From the NCBI GenBank assembly GCA_051294375.1, contig JBJCIZ010001670.1, positions 1 through 37,212 of the forward strand: a stretch of 37,212 nt of DNA, given 5' to 3'. Positions 11,456 through 23,704 of this stretch are shown here, piece after piece. Both the position numbers and the translations under genes were made by a program. Numbering within the stretch: the first letter of the stretch is position 1; every line of letters starts with the position of its first letter. Origin of the DNA: Paraspadella gotoi (Eukaryota > Animalia > Chaetognatha). Under the pieces are notes generated by a model. The model saw nothing but the letters and a program-made list of their open reading frames with translations. It had not been told where the DNA came from and searched no databases.

Positions 11456-12094
11456 GCACCAGAGAGAGAGAGAGAGAGAGAAGAGAGAAGAGAGAGAGAG
11501 AGGAGGGAGAGGAGAGAGAGAGAGGAGAGGAGACAAGCGATAGAGCGAGAGAATATATGTAGATGGAGAGCGAGTTTTAAACGCTGGAGAGGCGACGATA
11601 CTGAGACAAATTAAGAAAGTTAAAACAAAAGAGAAGAAGGAAGTGGAAATGTGTAAAATAGCCGCGAAGAGACATTAAAGAGAACAGATGTGAAATAACA
11701 ATGAATCTAAAAGACCACTGATGAAAAAAATCTGCGGAGTGAAAAATCAAGTCACTTTTTTTTAGTTTCGCCTCGAGTACTCGCGGAGCAACTCGCGTCA
11801 TTCATTGATTTCATTCATGTATTTCAATAATTTATTTTCAATCTTTCATTCATTAAACTATCCCAAACAAAAAGTCATTTCTACTTTAAACTTTAAACAC
11901 ACACGAAAGGACGCGTCATCTTTGGCGTCATTTTTTGAAGTCGGTTAAATCGATTTCAATGAAATATCGATAAAAAGGCGATGATGGCGGAGACGACGAT
12001 GACAACGACGACGGTGATTACGATGCCGAGGATGGCAAGAAACCTCATGAATGGCACCGATTGCCAGTCATCGAATAAACATTCTATAATCTGT

Positions 12095-12312
12095 CATTTT
12101 TGACAATTGAAACAGTTCGTAAAAACATTTATGCATACCACCTAATTGATGGAGAGGCCACACGCTCTAAAAATTGATGACCTGGACTGTGAGAGATTTT
12201 GATTGCAGGGTCCCGCTATGTTATTATCTAGTAGATCGGATTAGAGGCACTAACTTAGCCTGTCCAATACGAATTATATGAATAATAATTATTTTTATAT
12301 TTGTTGCACCAT
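12095..12312 (+). repeat. Diverged member of the dispersed ~250-bp repeat family
   Basis: ACAATTGAAACA, GACTGTGAGA, TTGCAGGG.CC.GCTATGT.ATTATCT and TTGTTGCACCA are collinear with 21930-22178. Confidence 0.65.
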
Positions 12313-12521
12313 AAAAAAGGAACGTAGTAGTTGAAATCTTTGTTTTTGAATAAATAAAAGATAAATAAGGGAATGACAAAAACATTGTCGAGAATGACAA
12401 CGATAACAACAACAACGACAACAACGACAACAACAACAACTGGATCAGACGAGCATTAACCTTAGATGAACTCCGAAGTCGAGCTTAACTACAAAATAAT
12501 TACGCCAGACTTTCTCTTTAA

Positions 12522-12649
<128 letters not shown>

Positions 12650-14564
12650 TTCACTCCGAATTCGAGTTCACTCGTCTCTTCTCCGCACGCGTTATCGAGG
12701 TCGATCGTTTCATACGCAAATCACGTGCGTGTTAACCATCGTCATGCGATCAGCACGCAATTAAAGTTGCGTGCGCAAAGTCCAACGTTTGAAATGACCA
12801 AAAGAGGAGATAGAGGCGAATAACAGCGACATCCAAGACATATCACATACCTTCTTAGTTCTTTTGCTTAGTGTCCTTGTCCTGAGACATCTACGAGTAT
12901 TTCTGCAGTGATCTTCACATTTTGAGAGTAATCATCGATCCATATTACTTTTTTGCTATTGTAGTAAACTCTCTAATTAACTATAATGCTACTTTCTCAT
13001 GAACGCCCATTTTTCGAGTACTCGAGTCTCGAGTCTCGAAGATCCGACTGATCTTCCTCTTAAATCCCTTTTCAACGACCATACCAGCTACCATATAACC
13101 TAAGTTTGAGCAATAAGGTACTTCTTTGCCAACCCTTATACCCCATATAGGAAACTACTGTCTGTTCTCACCACCCTTGAATATATACCTTTTTAGCACC
13201 TATACATGAGGATATTAGCACTCTCTTATCATCTGTTCATTCCCGAATATGGATGTCCTGGAGATGGCAATATATGAATACAAAAACGCGCTCAAGACAC
13301 TAATCTATAAATCTTTTATATAGGCTTCTTCCCTCTTCTCGATGAATTTCACTAGAACGTCTAGATTTTTAAGTGATTCTCTCCATTAATTCCCGCGCTT
13401 TTAAGCACTGTAAAAATCACCCATTCTTTATTTTATCACAACTATATATAATTAATTGACGCAAACAAAAATAAATAATTAATTACCATTAATTTGATTG
13501 AAAATTATTGATTGATTGATTGATTTTTTAAAAACTTGTTTTTTGGATTCATACAATCAATTTCATTCATCTCATTCGATCATTCATTCATTTCATTCAT
13601 CTCATTTATTCATCTCATTATTTATTTATTTATTATTTATTTATTATTCTTCAATCAATATTATTGATATCATATTCTTTTCAACCCTAGTCTCTACCCT
13701 TTTTATATATACTATTCATATTAAAGTGACACATACCTCATTACCATGTGTTATATGTTCCATCTATCTTCGAGAACTCACGAGACAGAGATATATGTTA
13801 TTTACTACGATTCTCTTACTTTCGAGTAGTGTTTCCAAATATCGAGATAATATTTAGGCTCTGTATATCATATCTCTGATTTCTTATTTTTTATTTCAGA
13901 TCATAGAAGACCTTTCATTTTTTATCTGTTCTTTCAATACTTAAGGTACTTCATTATTACAGTTCTCACTCGGATCTGGGGCAATCTAGTTATACCATTA
14001 TCCGCTCCAGATATGGCAATATATTCTTTTTTAAAAAATTTGGCGGTAGAATACTGTCAGATTTTATCACCTGCTCCTACTGGATGGCTGGGACCTGCCC
14101 CTCCCAGCACCCCGCATTCCGCCCCCCATCGTTCTCCTCTTCTCTTCTCTCTCTCTCTTCCTCATCTCCCTCTCTCTCTCTCTCTCTGTTTAGTCTCTTT
14201 AGTCTCCTTCCGTTAATTTGTTTGCATTTTTTGTTTTATTACGATTTTCGTTAGCGATGAGGGGAAGGGAAAGGAGAATCTCTCTCTCTCATCTCTCTCT
14301 CTCTCTCTCTCTCCTCTCTCTCTCCTGCTTTCTCTCTCTTCTCTCTCTCTCTCTGCTCTCTCTTTCTCATGTCTCTCTTCTCGATCGGGCATTTATCGAA
14401 TACTTTGCGTTGTCGCCGTTCCATCTGATTTAGTTAACAAAATAATTATTAAAAAGTCTTTGGATCTTTAATATTCACAGTTTTTTTTTAACATTATAAC
14501 TTACACATTTTTAAATGATGAATGGAAAAAAACCTAAAAAAGTGGGCTACCGATAAAAATAAGC

Positions 14565-14616
14565 AGATAGACAGACAGATAGACAGACAGATTAGATAGA
14601 CAGACAGATAGATAGA
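14565..14616. repeat. (AGAY)n tetranucleotide microsatellite
   Basis: agatagacagacagatagacagacag...; inverted copy at ~25600-25660. Confidence 0.9.
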
Positions 14617-14679
14617 TCTTTGTTTAATAACTGCTTCCGTTGTCGATATTTGACCGCAAGTTTTTCCGGCGGTTTTGGT

Positions 14680-15398
14680 TAGGGTTCCGATAAACCGTTA
14701 ATTTTAGAAAAAATTTAGCTAACCCGTTAAAACTAATATTTTTAAGTTAAACGCGTTACGTTAAAATCGGTTAATTTTTATATAATTTTACTTTAAATTT
14801 AAAATATTATTATTTAAATCAAACTGAAAGTATTTAATGGTATTTTATCTTTTAACTCATGCTCCTGAATCTTTTTATCTTCTATTTCAGATAGATAGGT
14901 ACATATTTTAGTTAGTAAATTAAAAATATGATTTGAGCAAACTATTTGAATCTACCTATGATAATTTAGCTAATCAGATAATGCATCGTGAATAAATCTT
15001 ACTTACTAAACTTTTTCTTTTACCTCATAGCATAATAAAAAATATATAAAAGGACAAAAGAAAGAAAAACCACAATGTAATTCTAATTTTATTTGTTTTT
15101 GTCTCTTCTCTCTCTTTTCTCTTTTTCTTTCAGTTATATCTCTTCATTATTTTTCTTGATTGTGTTTCTTGAACGCTTGTTTTTTGTTTTTATTTTTTCA
15201 TAAGCCACTAAGGAGAATAAGAGGACAAAGAAAAAATTACTTTTCTTTTAAAAAATCAAAGATTTTATACCAAAAAATAAAAAAAATCAATATTTAAAAT
15301 TACAATTTAACACGTTTAAAATAAATATATTAACGGTTAGGTTAAACTTATTTTAACCGTTAATAACCCGTTAACTGTTAACGGTTATCGTAACCCTA
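14680..15398. mobile_element. MITE with ~21-bp TIRs, hAT-like
   Basis: Left end TAGGGTTCCGATAAACCGTTAA; right end TTAACGGTTATCGTAACCCTA (reverse complement TAGGGTTACGATAACCGTTAA). Multiple subterminal AACCG/CGGTT/CCGTTAA motifs at both ends. The TSD cannot be read because a gap starts at 15403. Confidence 0.7.
14930..14995 (-). mobile_element. Degenerate 3' end fragment of the Helentron/HINE family inside the MITE
   Basis: TTTGAGCAAACTATTTGAATCTACCTATGATAAT...AGCTAATCAGAT is reverse-complementary to 17695-17750. Confidence 0.55.
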
Positions 15399-15469
15399 GT
15401 TCNNNNNNNNNNNNNNNNNNNNNNNNNTAAGTTAAGGGTGAGAGACGAGGGTGAAAGAATGAATAAATG

Positions 15470-15479
15470 ATTGAATGAA

Positions 15480-15510
<31 letters not shown>

Positions 15511-15567
15511 ATGAATGAATGAATGAATGAATGAATGAATGAATGAATGAATGAATGAATGAATGAA
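15470..15567. repeat. Compound (AAAT)n(GAAT)n microsatellite
   Basis: Direct reading. Confidence 0.95.
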
Positions 15568-16708
15568 TTGATGAATCCAAAAAACAATTTAAAAAATCAA
15601 TCAATCAATCAATTAATTTTCAATCAATAAATTAATGGGTCAATTAATTAATGAAGAATGATTACAGTGTGAAAGCGCGGATTGAGAATCACTGAAAATC
15701 AGTGAAATTCACAAAGAGAAGACCATTTAGATTCCAGATTCCAAATTCCAGACACAATTCGAAAAGAAGACATGGCAAGGGTGGCAAAAAGGCATGGCGA
15801 GGGTGGCAAAGAAGCATGGCGAGGTAAGGACATGGTAAGGTCGTTGGAAAAAGGGATTAAGAGGAAGATCAGTCGGACTTCGAGACTCGAGACTCGAGAC
15901 TCGAAAAATGGGAGTAAGTCGAGATCAAGGAGATACGGTGTAGATGCGACAGCGGGGGGGGGAGGTAAGGTCTGGGGGGAAGTAGAGCTGCTGGGTGGAA
16001 AGAGTTGGGTGTAGTTAGGGAGCATCATGTTGGGAATTCATGATACGAAGGTTGAAGATTTTATGAAAAGCAAGAAAAATATGATTTGAAATTATAACAC
16101 CTGCTATATTTGAACTTAAAATGAGTTTATTGTTACCTGATTAATACAGTTGTCTGACAGATTAAAATTAAAGTTAGAATTATTGTCCGTTTTATAAAAT
16201 AGAGTGTTATGTCGCATATTCCCCCAAAAAATCGTCGAAAATTAAAATATGATTTAAAATTGTTTTTTTTTATTAAATCTACTCAGCGACAAATAATGAA
16301 AATTCATCAACGATCAAGATAATAAAATCAAATTCTATAATTTAGGTAATTTGAAAATTCAGTAAAAATGTTATCATTTTATGATAAACGTCAGATTTCT
16401 ACCTTTAAACCGATAAAAAAAAAAATCCCGAACAATTTTCGTCAACATCTGTAACCGTCTCCAGGGAAACCTCCTCCTCCTCTTCCTCTCCTCTTCTTCC
16501 TCCTCTCTTCTTCCTTCCTCCTCCTCCTCCTTCCTTTGGATCTTACCTTCCTGTTTGACCTTCCCTTAACACCTCCCGGCCCTCTTAATCGCGCGCGCAA
16601 CATTCCCCGTTCTTTTGTCTTCAATTTGCGTCTGTAATGGATCTGTTTGTCGTGCTTCTTGTCGCCGAAAATCACCGGGAGGAGGGGAGAGGAGAAGAGA
16701 GAGAGAGA

Positions 16709-16759
<51 letters not shown>

Positions 16760-17060
16760 GAGGCGGAGATGCTCTTTCAAAACGCCATTTGTTTTTATAA
16801 TGTTTGAAGAGGGTCGTTTTGTTACCGTCATTGTCCTTGTAGTTGTCATTGTCGTTGTCGTTGTCATTTTCATTGGTCGTTGTCATTGTCCTTGTCGTGT
16901 CATTGTCGCTCGTCATCTCGTTATAAGTTAAGAGAGAGAGAGAGAGAGAGACGAGAGAGAGAGAGAGAGAGAGAGCAGCAGAGAGAAGAGAGAGAGAGAG
17001 AGAGAGAGTAGAAATAAAGAAATTGGGAGGCAACAGAAATCAAAAGGTTGTCCGTTACAA

Positions 17061-17756
17061 AACAAGGTTTGCAAACAATGTCGGATCTGCCCACGGACAT
17101 TAGCGGTAATTAATCTATTAATAACAAACTATATAAACTAAATAATAATTAATTAATAAATTAATTAATTGATCCGAAATGTTTGGTTTTTTGTCTTTCG
17201 TCCACTGAGCACGACAAAAGCAACAACGACGACTGATGGCGACGACCTCAAAATATGCCGATACGATTGACTTGATTGATTTGATTAATCGATTTTAAAT
17301 AATTAATTAATTAATAAATAAATTTATTGATGAATAATTAATTAATAAATAATTAAATAAATAATTGGTTGAATAATATATTGATTGATTAATTGACCGA
17401 ATAATTAATATTTATTAGTATTCGATTAATTTACTGATTACATTATTTAATTTTTCAATTAATTAATTAATTGAAAAAAATAATGCAATTTGAAACAAAT
17501 GATGCAAGTTAAAAAATGATGCAAGTTAAAAAAATCGATTCAAGTTTGAAAAAATTATTTGTTTGTACCAAAGTAACAGTTAATTTAAATCCTTGCAAGC
17601 GATTTTACATGTATAGGCGCAGCCATTGGATTGATATGGTACCATTTGTATCTGATCATTAAGGATACAAATTGAAGAATTCTCGTCATTTATCATCTGA
17701 TTAGCTGATTACGCTATTATCGTAGGCAGATCCGACATTGTTTGCTCAAACTTGTT
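17061..17756. mobile_element. ~700-bp AT-rich element bounded by ~50-bp imperfect inverted repeats, each a Helentron-type 3' end
   Basis: Left end AACAAGGTTTGCAAACAATGTCGGATCTGCCCACG; right end CGTAGGCAGATCCGACATTGTTTGCTCAAACTTGTT. GCAGATCCGAC is the same subterminal repeat as in the HINE 5' hairpin, and GTTTGCTCAAAC is a short stem-loop. Confidence 0.65.
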
Positions 17757-20007
17757 TTATTTCAACAATTTTCCCATTTTAATCCTTTTTTTTTTTTTTT
17801 TTTCCTTCTTTCTTCTTTCTCTCACCTTCAAGGGGGCATGTCGGTTTCATGCTTCATTTTTTTTTTATGGCGGTTTTTATCTTCCTATTTTTCCTTGAAT
17901 AAATGGTATTCAACTATTCGATTTGGATTTTATCCCGCATTCCACCAGGACAATATTAAACATATCTCTCAGGATTTTAGGTTTTTTTAAATTGAAAAAT
18001 AAATAAAAGATTAAAACGGCCGTGAATCCTAATGAAAAAAGCTTTCTTTTTTTCTTCTTCTTTTCTCTCTCTACTCTTTCTTCTCTCTTCTCTCTCTCTC
18101 TCTCTCCTCTCTCTCTCAACTCTCTCTCTCTTCTACTTCTTCCTTCTCTCTTCCCAGGTGCACGCCCGTTAATGAGCGCCCGAATCCCAGGTGGCGCCGA
18201 TCTTTTGGATTTTTCCGCGATATTTCCGCTCGGCGATAAGGCAACACACATAAGGGACAACTAAAAGGGGTGCACACACATTTTAAAGCCTTCAACGGTC
18301 GATTAAGCACATTAAAGCTGTGAGCCTTTGACAAATCGATCGCGAGATCTCTCTCTCGCTCTCTTCTCTCTTCTGCTCCTCTCTCTCTCTTCTCCTTCTC
18401 TCTCTCTCTCCTCTCTCTTCTCTCCTCTCGTCTCTTCTCTCTATTTTATTTTGTCTAATGAACTGTTCCGGTCTCTTGCACAACCTTTTCGCGCCATTTT
18501 CGCTCTCCTTATCTTTTTCTATAATCATTTGCCTTCAAAATTAATTCCTTTTTTTTTAAAGCACGGAAATGAAAAATTTTCAAGACAAAAGTTTTCCTGA
18601 ATTATCACATAATTTGCAAATTGTATTATGACGTTATTGAGCGAAGAAGGGAAATATTTTTTGAATTGTTTTAACATTTAACATTTCGACATTGTGAGAT
18701 AATTTATCATGAATATTTTTTTTAAATTAATTTAAATTTATGAAACTTTTAAAATATCTCTTCCCCGGGTTGATATTTTTTTTAAACTCAGTTGTTGTCT
18801 TTGTAAATGTGGTTATGTGAACTTTTTACATCAAATCGAATTAAACTTGGCCTTAATAAAAAACCAATCAACAACTCGTGGTGTACCTTGCCCGACCGAA
18901 CAATTCGATGATCGTGTTCGTGTGCTTTCGTGTGTTGACGCTCACCCTTCCATGTGAAACTTACTTTTTTGGGGGCAGGTGACAACCTCCTCTCTCTCTC
19001 TCTCTCTCTCTCTTCTCTCCTCTCTCCCTCGCTTCTCTCCTCTCCTCTCCGTCTCTCTCTCCTCCTCTTCCTTCTCTCTCTCTCTCTCGCCGGGCCGTCA
19101 TAAATCTTTATGCAAATAATTAAGACCGCGATGTTTATGTTGGAACTTTTGATTTCCTCAGATTTTGCCGAAATCTTCGGCGAAAAATTGGAGTAACAGT
19201 GGGAGAGGTGGATAGAGGGAAGGGGAACGGGTGGGGGATTAAAGGGGATGTGGGAGGGAAATTTAGCAGGAGGAGGAAATTAAGAAGGGGAAGGGAGAAA
19301 TTCAGGAGGGGAAGGGAAAGAAGAATGGCAATGATTGTTATAAATATTAATTTGTAATTTAATATATTTTTAAGAAACAACGTAATACTGCTAGATAATT
19401 TTGTTTGTTTAATATCATTCTGTATTAGCTTAAACTTATGTTTAATTCTATTCAACGAACCTATATATTTGTTTTGAAAAAATATAATCATCTCTCTACA
19501 TTCCAGTTATTTTGGTGAAATGCGTTTGTAATCGCCTTGAGTGGATACTGAACCTGATATTGCATTTTGCATCATTTCCTTGCCGCTCCTCCCGTTTCTC
19601 TTCTCTTTCTTTTCTCGAGACGCAATGATGAGAGCGAGGAGAGGCCGGAGAGAGGAGAGAGAGAGAGAGAGAGAAGAGAGAGAGAATTTCTGTGTGAAAT
19701 TGGATGACGGGAAATAAGGGGAGCGACAAACAAAAGGCGCTCAAAACATCGAGAATCTGTCGACAAAAGAACAAATAAACTGGCGTCGTTTTTTTAAGGA
19801 GATGGTGTGGGGAGAAAAAAGGGGTGGAGGGGGGCGTCTATCCGATAGAGCGATTAATTAACCAGCATTATCTCTTATATTCATCATTTATTATCATAGA
19901 TACGAAGATGGAACACTGATAGAAGTTATTTCGCGGTCCGTGTGCGTTTGTGTGAAAAAAAAAATTAATTGATTATATTGGCGTCGCTGCCGGCTGAGAT
20001 GAAAAGT

Positions 20008-20093
<86 letters not shown>

Positions 20094-20430
20094 TCGGATT
20101 TCATCTCTATCTTTTCTCTCCTCAAAAAAACGGCTCGATTGTGCGACAAACGGGATTTGAGAGAGATCAGTCGTCTTTTCGCCCGGCAGAGGGCGGTTCG
20201 TTGGCTGCCGCTGCGGCGCGGCTGAAGCGGCGGCGGCGGCGATCGACGTAATTGAAGGCAAAAATGGGGCGTCAAATGGCGGCGGCGTCGGCGGCGGAAA
20301 CGGCGGATATGAGCAAATACTGCGGCGGCGACCGGGTAATCAACTATCGCTTGAAAAATGGATCACAATATGGGAGAGAAAAAGTCTGTGAAAGAATTGA
20401 AAGATGGAGAGATGGAAAATCTCTCTTACT

Positions 20431-20514
<84 letters not shown>

Positions 20515-20584
20515 TTTGCTCGTTCTTCTCAGTTAATCTCACTTTCTCATTTCTGATTTACTTTTGGGAGAAAGAGGAATAAAA

Positions 20585-20653
<69 letters not shown>

Positions 20654-20827
20654 TAGATAAATGTGAAAAAATTAATGAGGTTCCGACGGAGAAAGTCACG
20701 CAAGTTTTCCCTCTCCTTTTCGGGAACAAAGGTTAGATGTGAGTCGGTAACTCGACCAAATTAGGACAGAATGCATCCTCTTTATACTCTATTCATGTTT
20801 TTTTTTTTGCCAAACTTTTGTGTTTTA

Positions 20828-20930
20828 AAATTGGTACGTACAACCAATATAATAATTATTCATATGATAAACAAGCTATCTTGCCCTGCTTTGGACAGGC
20901 GGATGGTGGGTTTGGGCCTTTTGACTCTTG
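20828..20930 (-). repeat. Partial member of the dispersed ~250-bp repeat family
   Basis: AATTGGTAC...CAACCAATA...ATAAACAAGCTATCTTGCCC...TTTGGAC is inverted relative to 22070-22178; second copy at 33168-33272. Confidence 0.75.
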
Positions 20931-21227
20931 TGTCTCGAGCGGCGCTATTTGGATTCCAATTTTTGTTGTAGTTGTTGTAGCAGTTGTTATTGTTGTTTTC
21001 TTTTTGCCTTGATTCATCATTGCATCATCGTTACCCAATTGAAAAGTGGTTGAAAATGCTAAATTTTGTTCGTTTGTTTATCTTATGTTTTGACGTTGTC
21101 TGGATTATATTGTTCTATTCTTTGTCTTCGTCGCCGTCGTCGTCGTCGCACAAAAAATGGCGCCATAACAATGTGGAGGAGGGAAGGTTGCTCGCAAATT
21201 GCGGGGAGAATCCAAAAGAAAGACATT

Positions 21228-21292
<65 letters not shown>

Positions 21293-21929
21293 AGAGAAAG
21301 AGAGAGGTGCGCTTGATGGAGACAAAAGCCGGTTTAAAGGAAAGGTTTCCCCCAGATCGGCCATTACTCGGAGACAAAGGAGCAATGCCGGAGCTTTTGT
21401 GGGTATAGCATTGGGGATTGTGGCGGAGTGTGGGGATGAAGTGGAGAAGTATGGTGGTTTCGAGTGGGATGTGGTGTGGTATTTTAGAAGTTGGTCGAAG
21501 ATTGATCGCGGTGATGAGAGTGAGTTGAAAACCCGAGAGTGAGTTCGTCTTTTGATACTTATCATTGGTTGAGGTAAGGATGAGCGCCTTGGCTTTGAGA
21601 AGAAGGGGAAGGTAAGATTCAGGGCCACGTTTTGTCGTAAGCGCACCTTTTCAGCTTTAATTTAAAATTATATTTTTTCAGGTTTAAAGATTAGGTTTAA
21701 GGATTAAGGATTAGGGTTAAGCATTATTTTTGCTTTTTTGATTTGCTTAGGGTTTGTTGTTGATTTAGTTTGAGATTAAGGTAATTAGTGTATAAGTAAA
21801 ATAGTTTTATTTTTATATAACAATGGTTAAATTTTTTAATTTGTTTCGGTTTTATTAGCAAACCTTCGTTCAGCTCATTTATGACAAATTGAATTTTTAA
21901 GATTAATTATAATACTTAAGGGAGTGGTC

Positions 21930-22178
21930 TTTTCATACAATTGAAACATTCTTTGAAACATTATAATGTACCACTTCAATTGATAGGGAAGCCAGGTACT
22001 CTGGGAGTGAATAAACGAGACTGTGAGAAAATCTGATTGAAAGCTTGCAGGGACCTGCTATGTCATTATCTTGTAAGAGTGATGGAGGCCTTAAACCACA
22101 AAGCCAGTCCAAAGTCAGGGGCAAGATAGCTTGTTTATTAAATGAATGGATAATTTTTAGTATTGGTTGTACCAATTC
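21930..22178 (+). repeat. Dispersed ~250-bp repeat family member (longest copy)
   Basis: Homologous to 5460-5625 (-), 12095-12312 (+), 20828-20930 (-) and 34320-34563 (+). Confidence 0.8.
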
Positions 22179-22606
22179 ATTAATTTTTAAAAAATGTCAG
22201 TCGACAATTATATTGTTTTCTCCTTAATATTATAATAGAAAATAATTTAAGAGAATAGGGAAACGAAACAGCGGCGCTTTCGGAATATAATACTAGTTTT
22301 AGGAGGGTAAGGGCGGGTGAGGCGAAAGGAGAGTCGATCGTCCGAAGACAAATGGCGAAAAGGTGGTGTAAACGAAGACGTTAGAATCGAGTTCACTTCT
22401 TTTTCTCTTCTCTTATTTCTTTTCAAGAGGAGGACGAGAAGAGGAGGAAGGAGGAGAAGAAGAGAAAGGAAAAGAGATGAGACAGAGAGATATAATCCGA
22501 ACCGATGAGAGCTGAGTGTAAAAATTGAAGGGTTAGTCTCGGCGAAAGAAGCCAATTTATTGATTGAATTGTGGCGAGATGATGTGTGAATGTGAAAACG
22601 AGATGG

Positions 22607-22647
<41 letters not shown>

Positions 22648-23224
22648 AGAAGAAGAAGAGGGAGAGAGAGAGAGAGAGAGGCAGGCGCGGAGACGAATGT
22701 CTTCCCATCGCGAACTCGGACCTCCGCTAAAGAGGCGGAGAAGTTTGGAGATGCGAGAGCGAGCGCTTAAAAGAAGAGAACCGACGGGCGGTTTAAAGAG
22801 ACGAAGAAAGAGAGTCGAGACGGTTGAGCGCTTGAAGAAACTTGTTGGAACGTTAATTGAGAAAATTTGGTGTGGTACATTATGGCTTTCCCGAATGATT
22901 TTATATACGGAAAGCATAAATTTTAAAAATTGAAGAAAAAAAAAATTAGTGAAACATAAATGAAAAGCACGTATAATCAAAAATAGTACTCATAAACGGA
23001 AAAAAAAAAAACGAATTTAAATACCGGGACATCTACCTAAGTGTCACCAAAAAGCAAAGACAAAGGTTATTATCAATCACGGCTATTCTTGAAAATTGGA
23101 GTGTGCGGGAAGAAATTTTTTTGGGAGTTACCTTTGATAGTAAATAAAATTGGAATACCCACATAGATAGCATTTTCTAAGCGAATGATACTATGGTGGA
23201 CTAAAACCCACCAACCGTTCATCA

Positions 23225-23294
23225 GCGCCCATTGGTGCCGGAGGCAAGTCATTCGCCTCCCAACCAAAGGTCCGGGTTCTAGCCCGGTGGTCGT
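23225..23294 (+). promoter_or_regulatory. tRNA-like module (putative internal Pol III promoter) in TRIM-1 5' LTR; second copy at ~23638-23702
   Basis: Acceptor-like GCG(C/G)CCA / TGGTCGT, A-box-like TGGTGCCGGAGG, loop CTCCCAA, and T-arm CCGGG-TTCTAG-CCCGG with B-box-like GGTTCTAGCCC. The anticodon stem pairs poorly, so it is not a functional tRNA. Confidence 0.7.
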
Positions 23295-23296
23295 CT

Positions 23297-23372
23297 GGCA
23301 GCTAAGAGGGACGGGGCCGCTTAACCGCCTGTAACCATGGTTTACAGCCTGATCCGAAGCTCAGGGACTGCT
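23297..23372 (+). ncRNA. Putative type-P5 twister ribozyme in TRIM-1 5' LTR
   Basis: GGCAGCT(P5)-AAGA-GG(P2')-GA-CGG(T1')-GGCCGCT(minimal P1)-TAA-CC(P2)-GC(T2)-CTGTAA..TTACAG(P3)-CCTGA(P4)-TCCGAAGC(L4)-TCAGG(P4')-GACTGCT(P5'). Predicted U|A cleavage at 23322/23323. Confidence 0.75.
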
Positions 23373-23423
23373 ATATTGAACGGTTCTGTCATTAACACAT
23401 ATCAATAATTACTGGTCTCTTCA

Positions 23424-23436
23424 TGGTGAGCCCGAC
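23424..23436 (+). promoter_or_regulatory. Primer-binding site of TRIM-1 (closest to tRNA-Trp type)
   Basis: TGGTGAGCCCGAC directly after the LTR; one difference from the canonical tRNA-Trp PBS TGGTGACCCCGAC. Confidence 0.75.
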
Positions 23437-23588
23437 TTCCGACACAACAGCAACAACAACACTTTCAGGCGCATGCTCAACCTGCGATGCACTTTTCGCC
23501 ACAACACATCAGGCGACATGCCTCACTGGTGACGCACTTTCCACCAACAACAACATTCACTGAAGAGACGCAACAGACATCTTCCTAC

Positions 23589-23600
23589 GGGAGGGGGGGA
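23589..23600 (+). promoter_or_regulatory. Polypurine tract of TRIM-1
   Basis: GGGAGGGGGGGA immediately before the TG of the 3' LTR. Confidence 0.85.
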
Positions 23601-23704
23601 TGTATGGTGGACTAAAACCCCACCAACCGTTCATTCAGCGGCCATTGGTGCCGGAGGCAAGTCATTTCGCCTCCCAACAAGGTCGGGGTTAGCCGGTGTC
23701 GTCT

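Larger units (their letters stand above)
13005..15090 (-). repeat. Inverted copy of 25070-26950; its 13005-13700 part is also an inverted copy of 15435-15915
   Basis: TTTTCGAGTACTCGAGTCTCGAGTCTCGAAGATCCGACTGATCTTCCTCTT (13011) is the reverse complement of 15858-15908. 14200-15080 is the reverse complement of 25075-26060. Confidence 0.85.

Noticed and set aside
18150-18335. Exon candidate after a polypyrimidine tract ending CCCAG
   Set aside because: The pyrimidine tract is a CT microsatellite, frames close quickly and no product is recognisable
21690-21756. TTAGGG-like telomeric repeats
   Set aside because: Only two exact TTAGGG among degenerate units; not a telomere array
23225-23294. Functional tRNA-Gly(CCC) gene
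   Set aside because: Anticodon and D stems pair poorly, there is no terminator, and it is embedded in LTRs; treated as a tRNA-derived promoter
23340-23372. Hammerhead ribozyme suggested by CTGA...GAA
   Set aside because: No CUGAnGA box and no stem II between CTGA and GAA; the CTGA pairs with TCAG and the motif fits a twister P4/L4 instead
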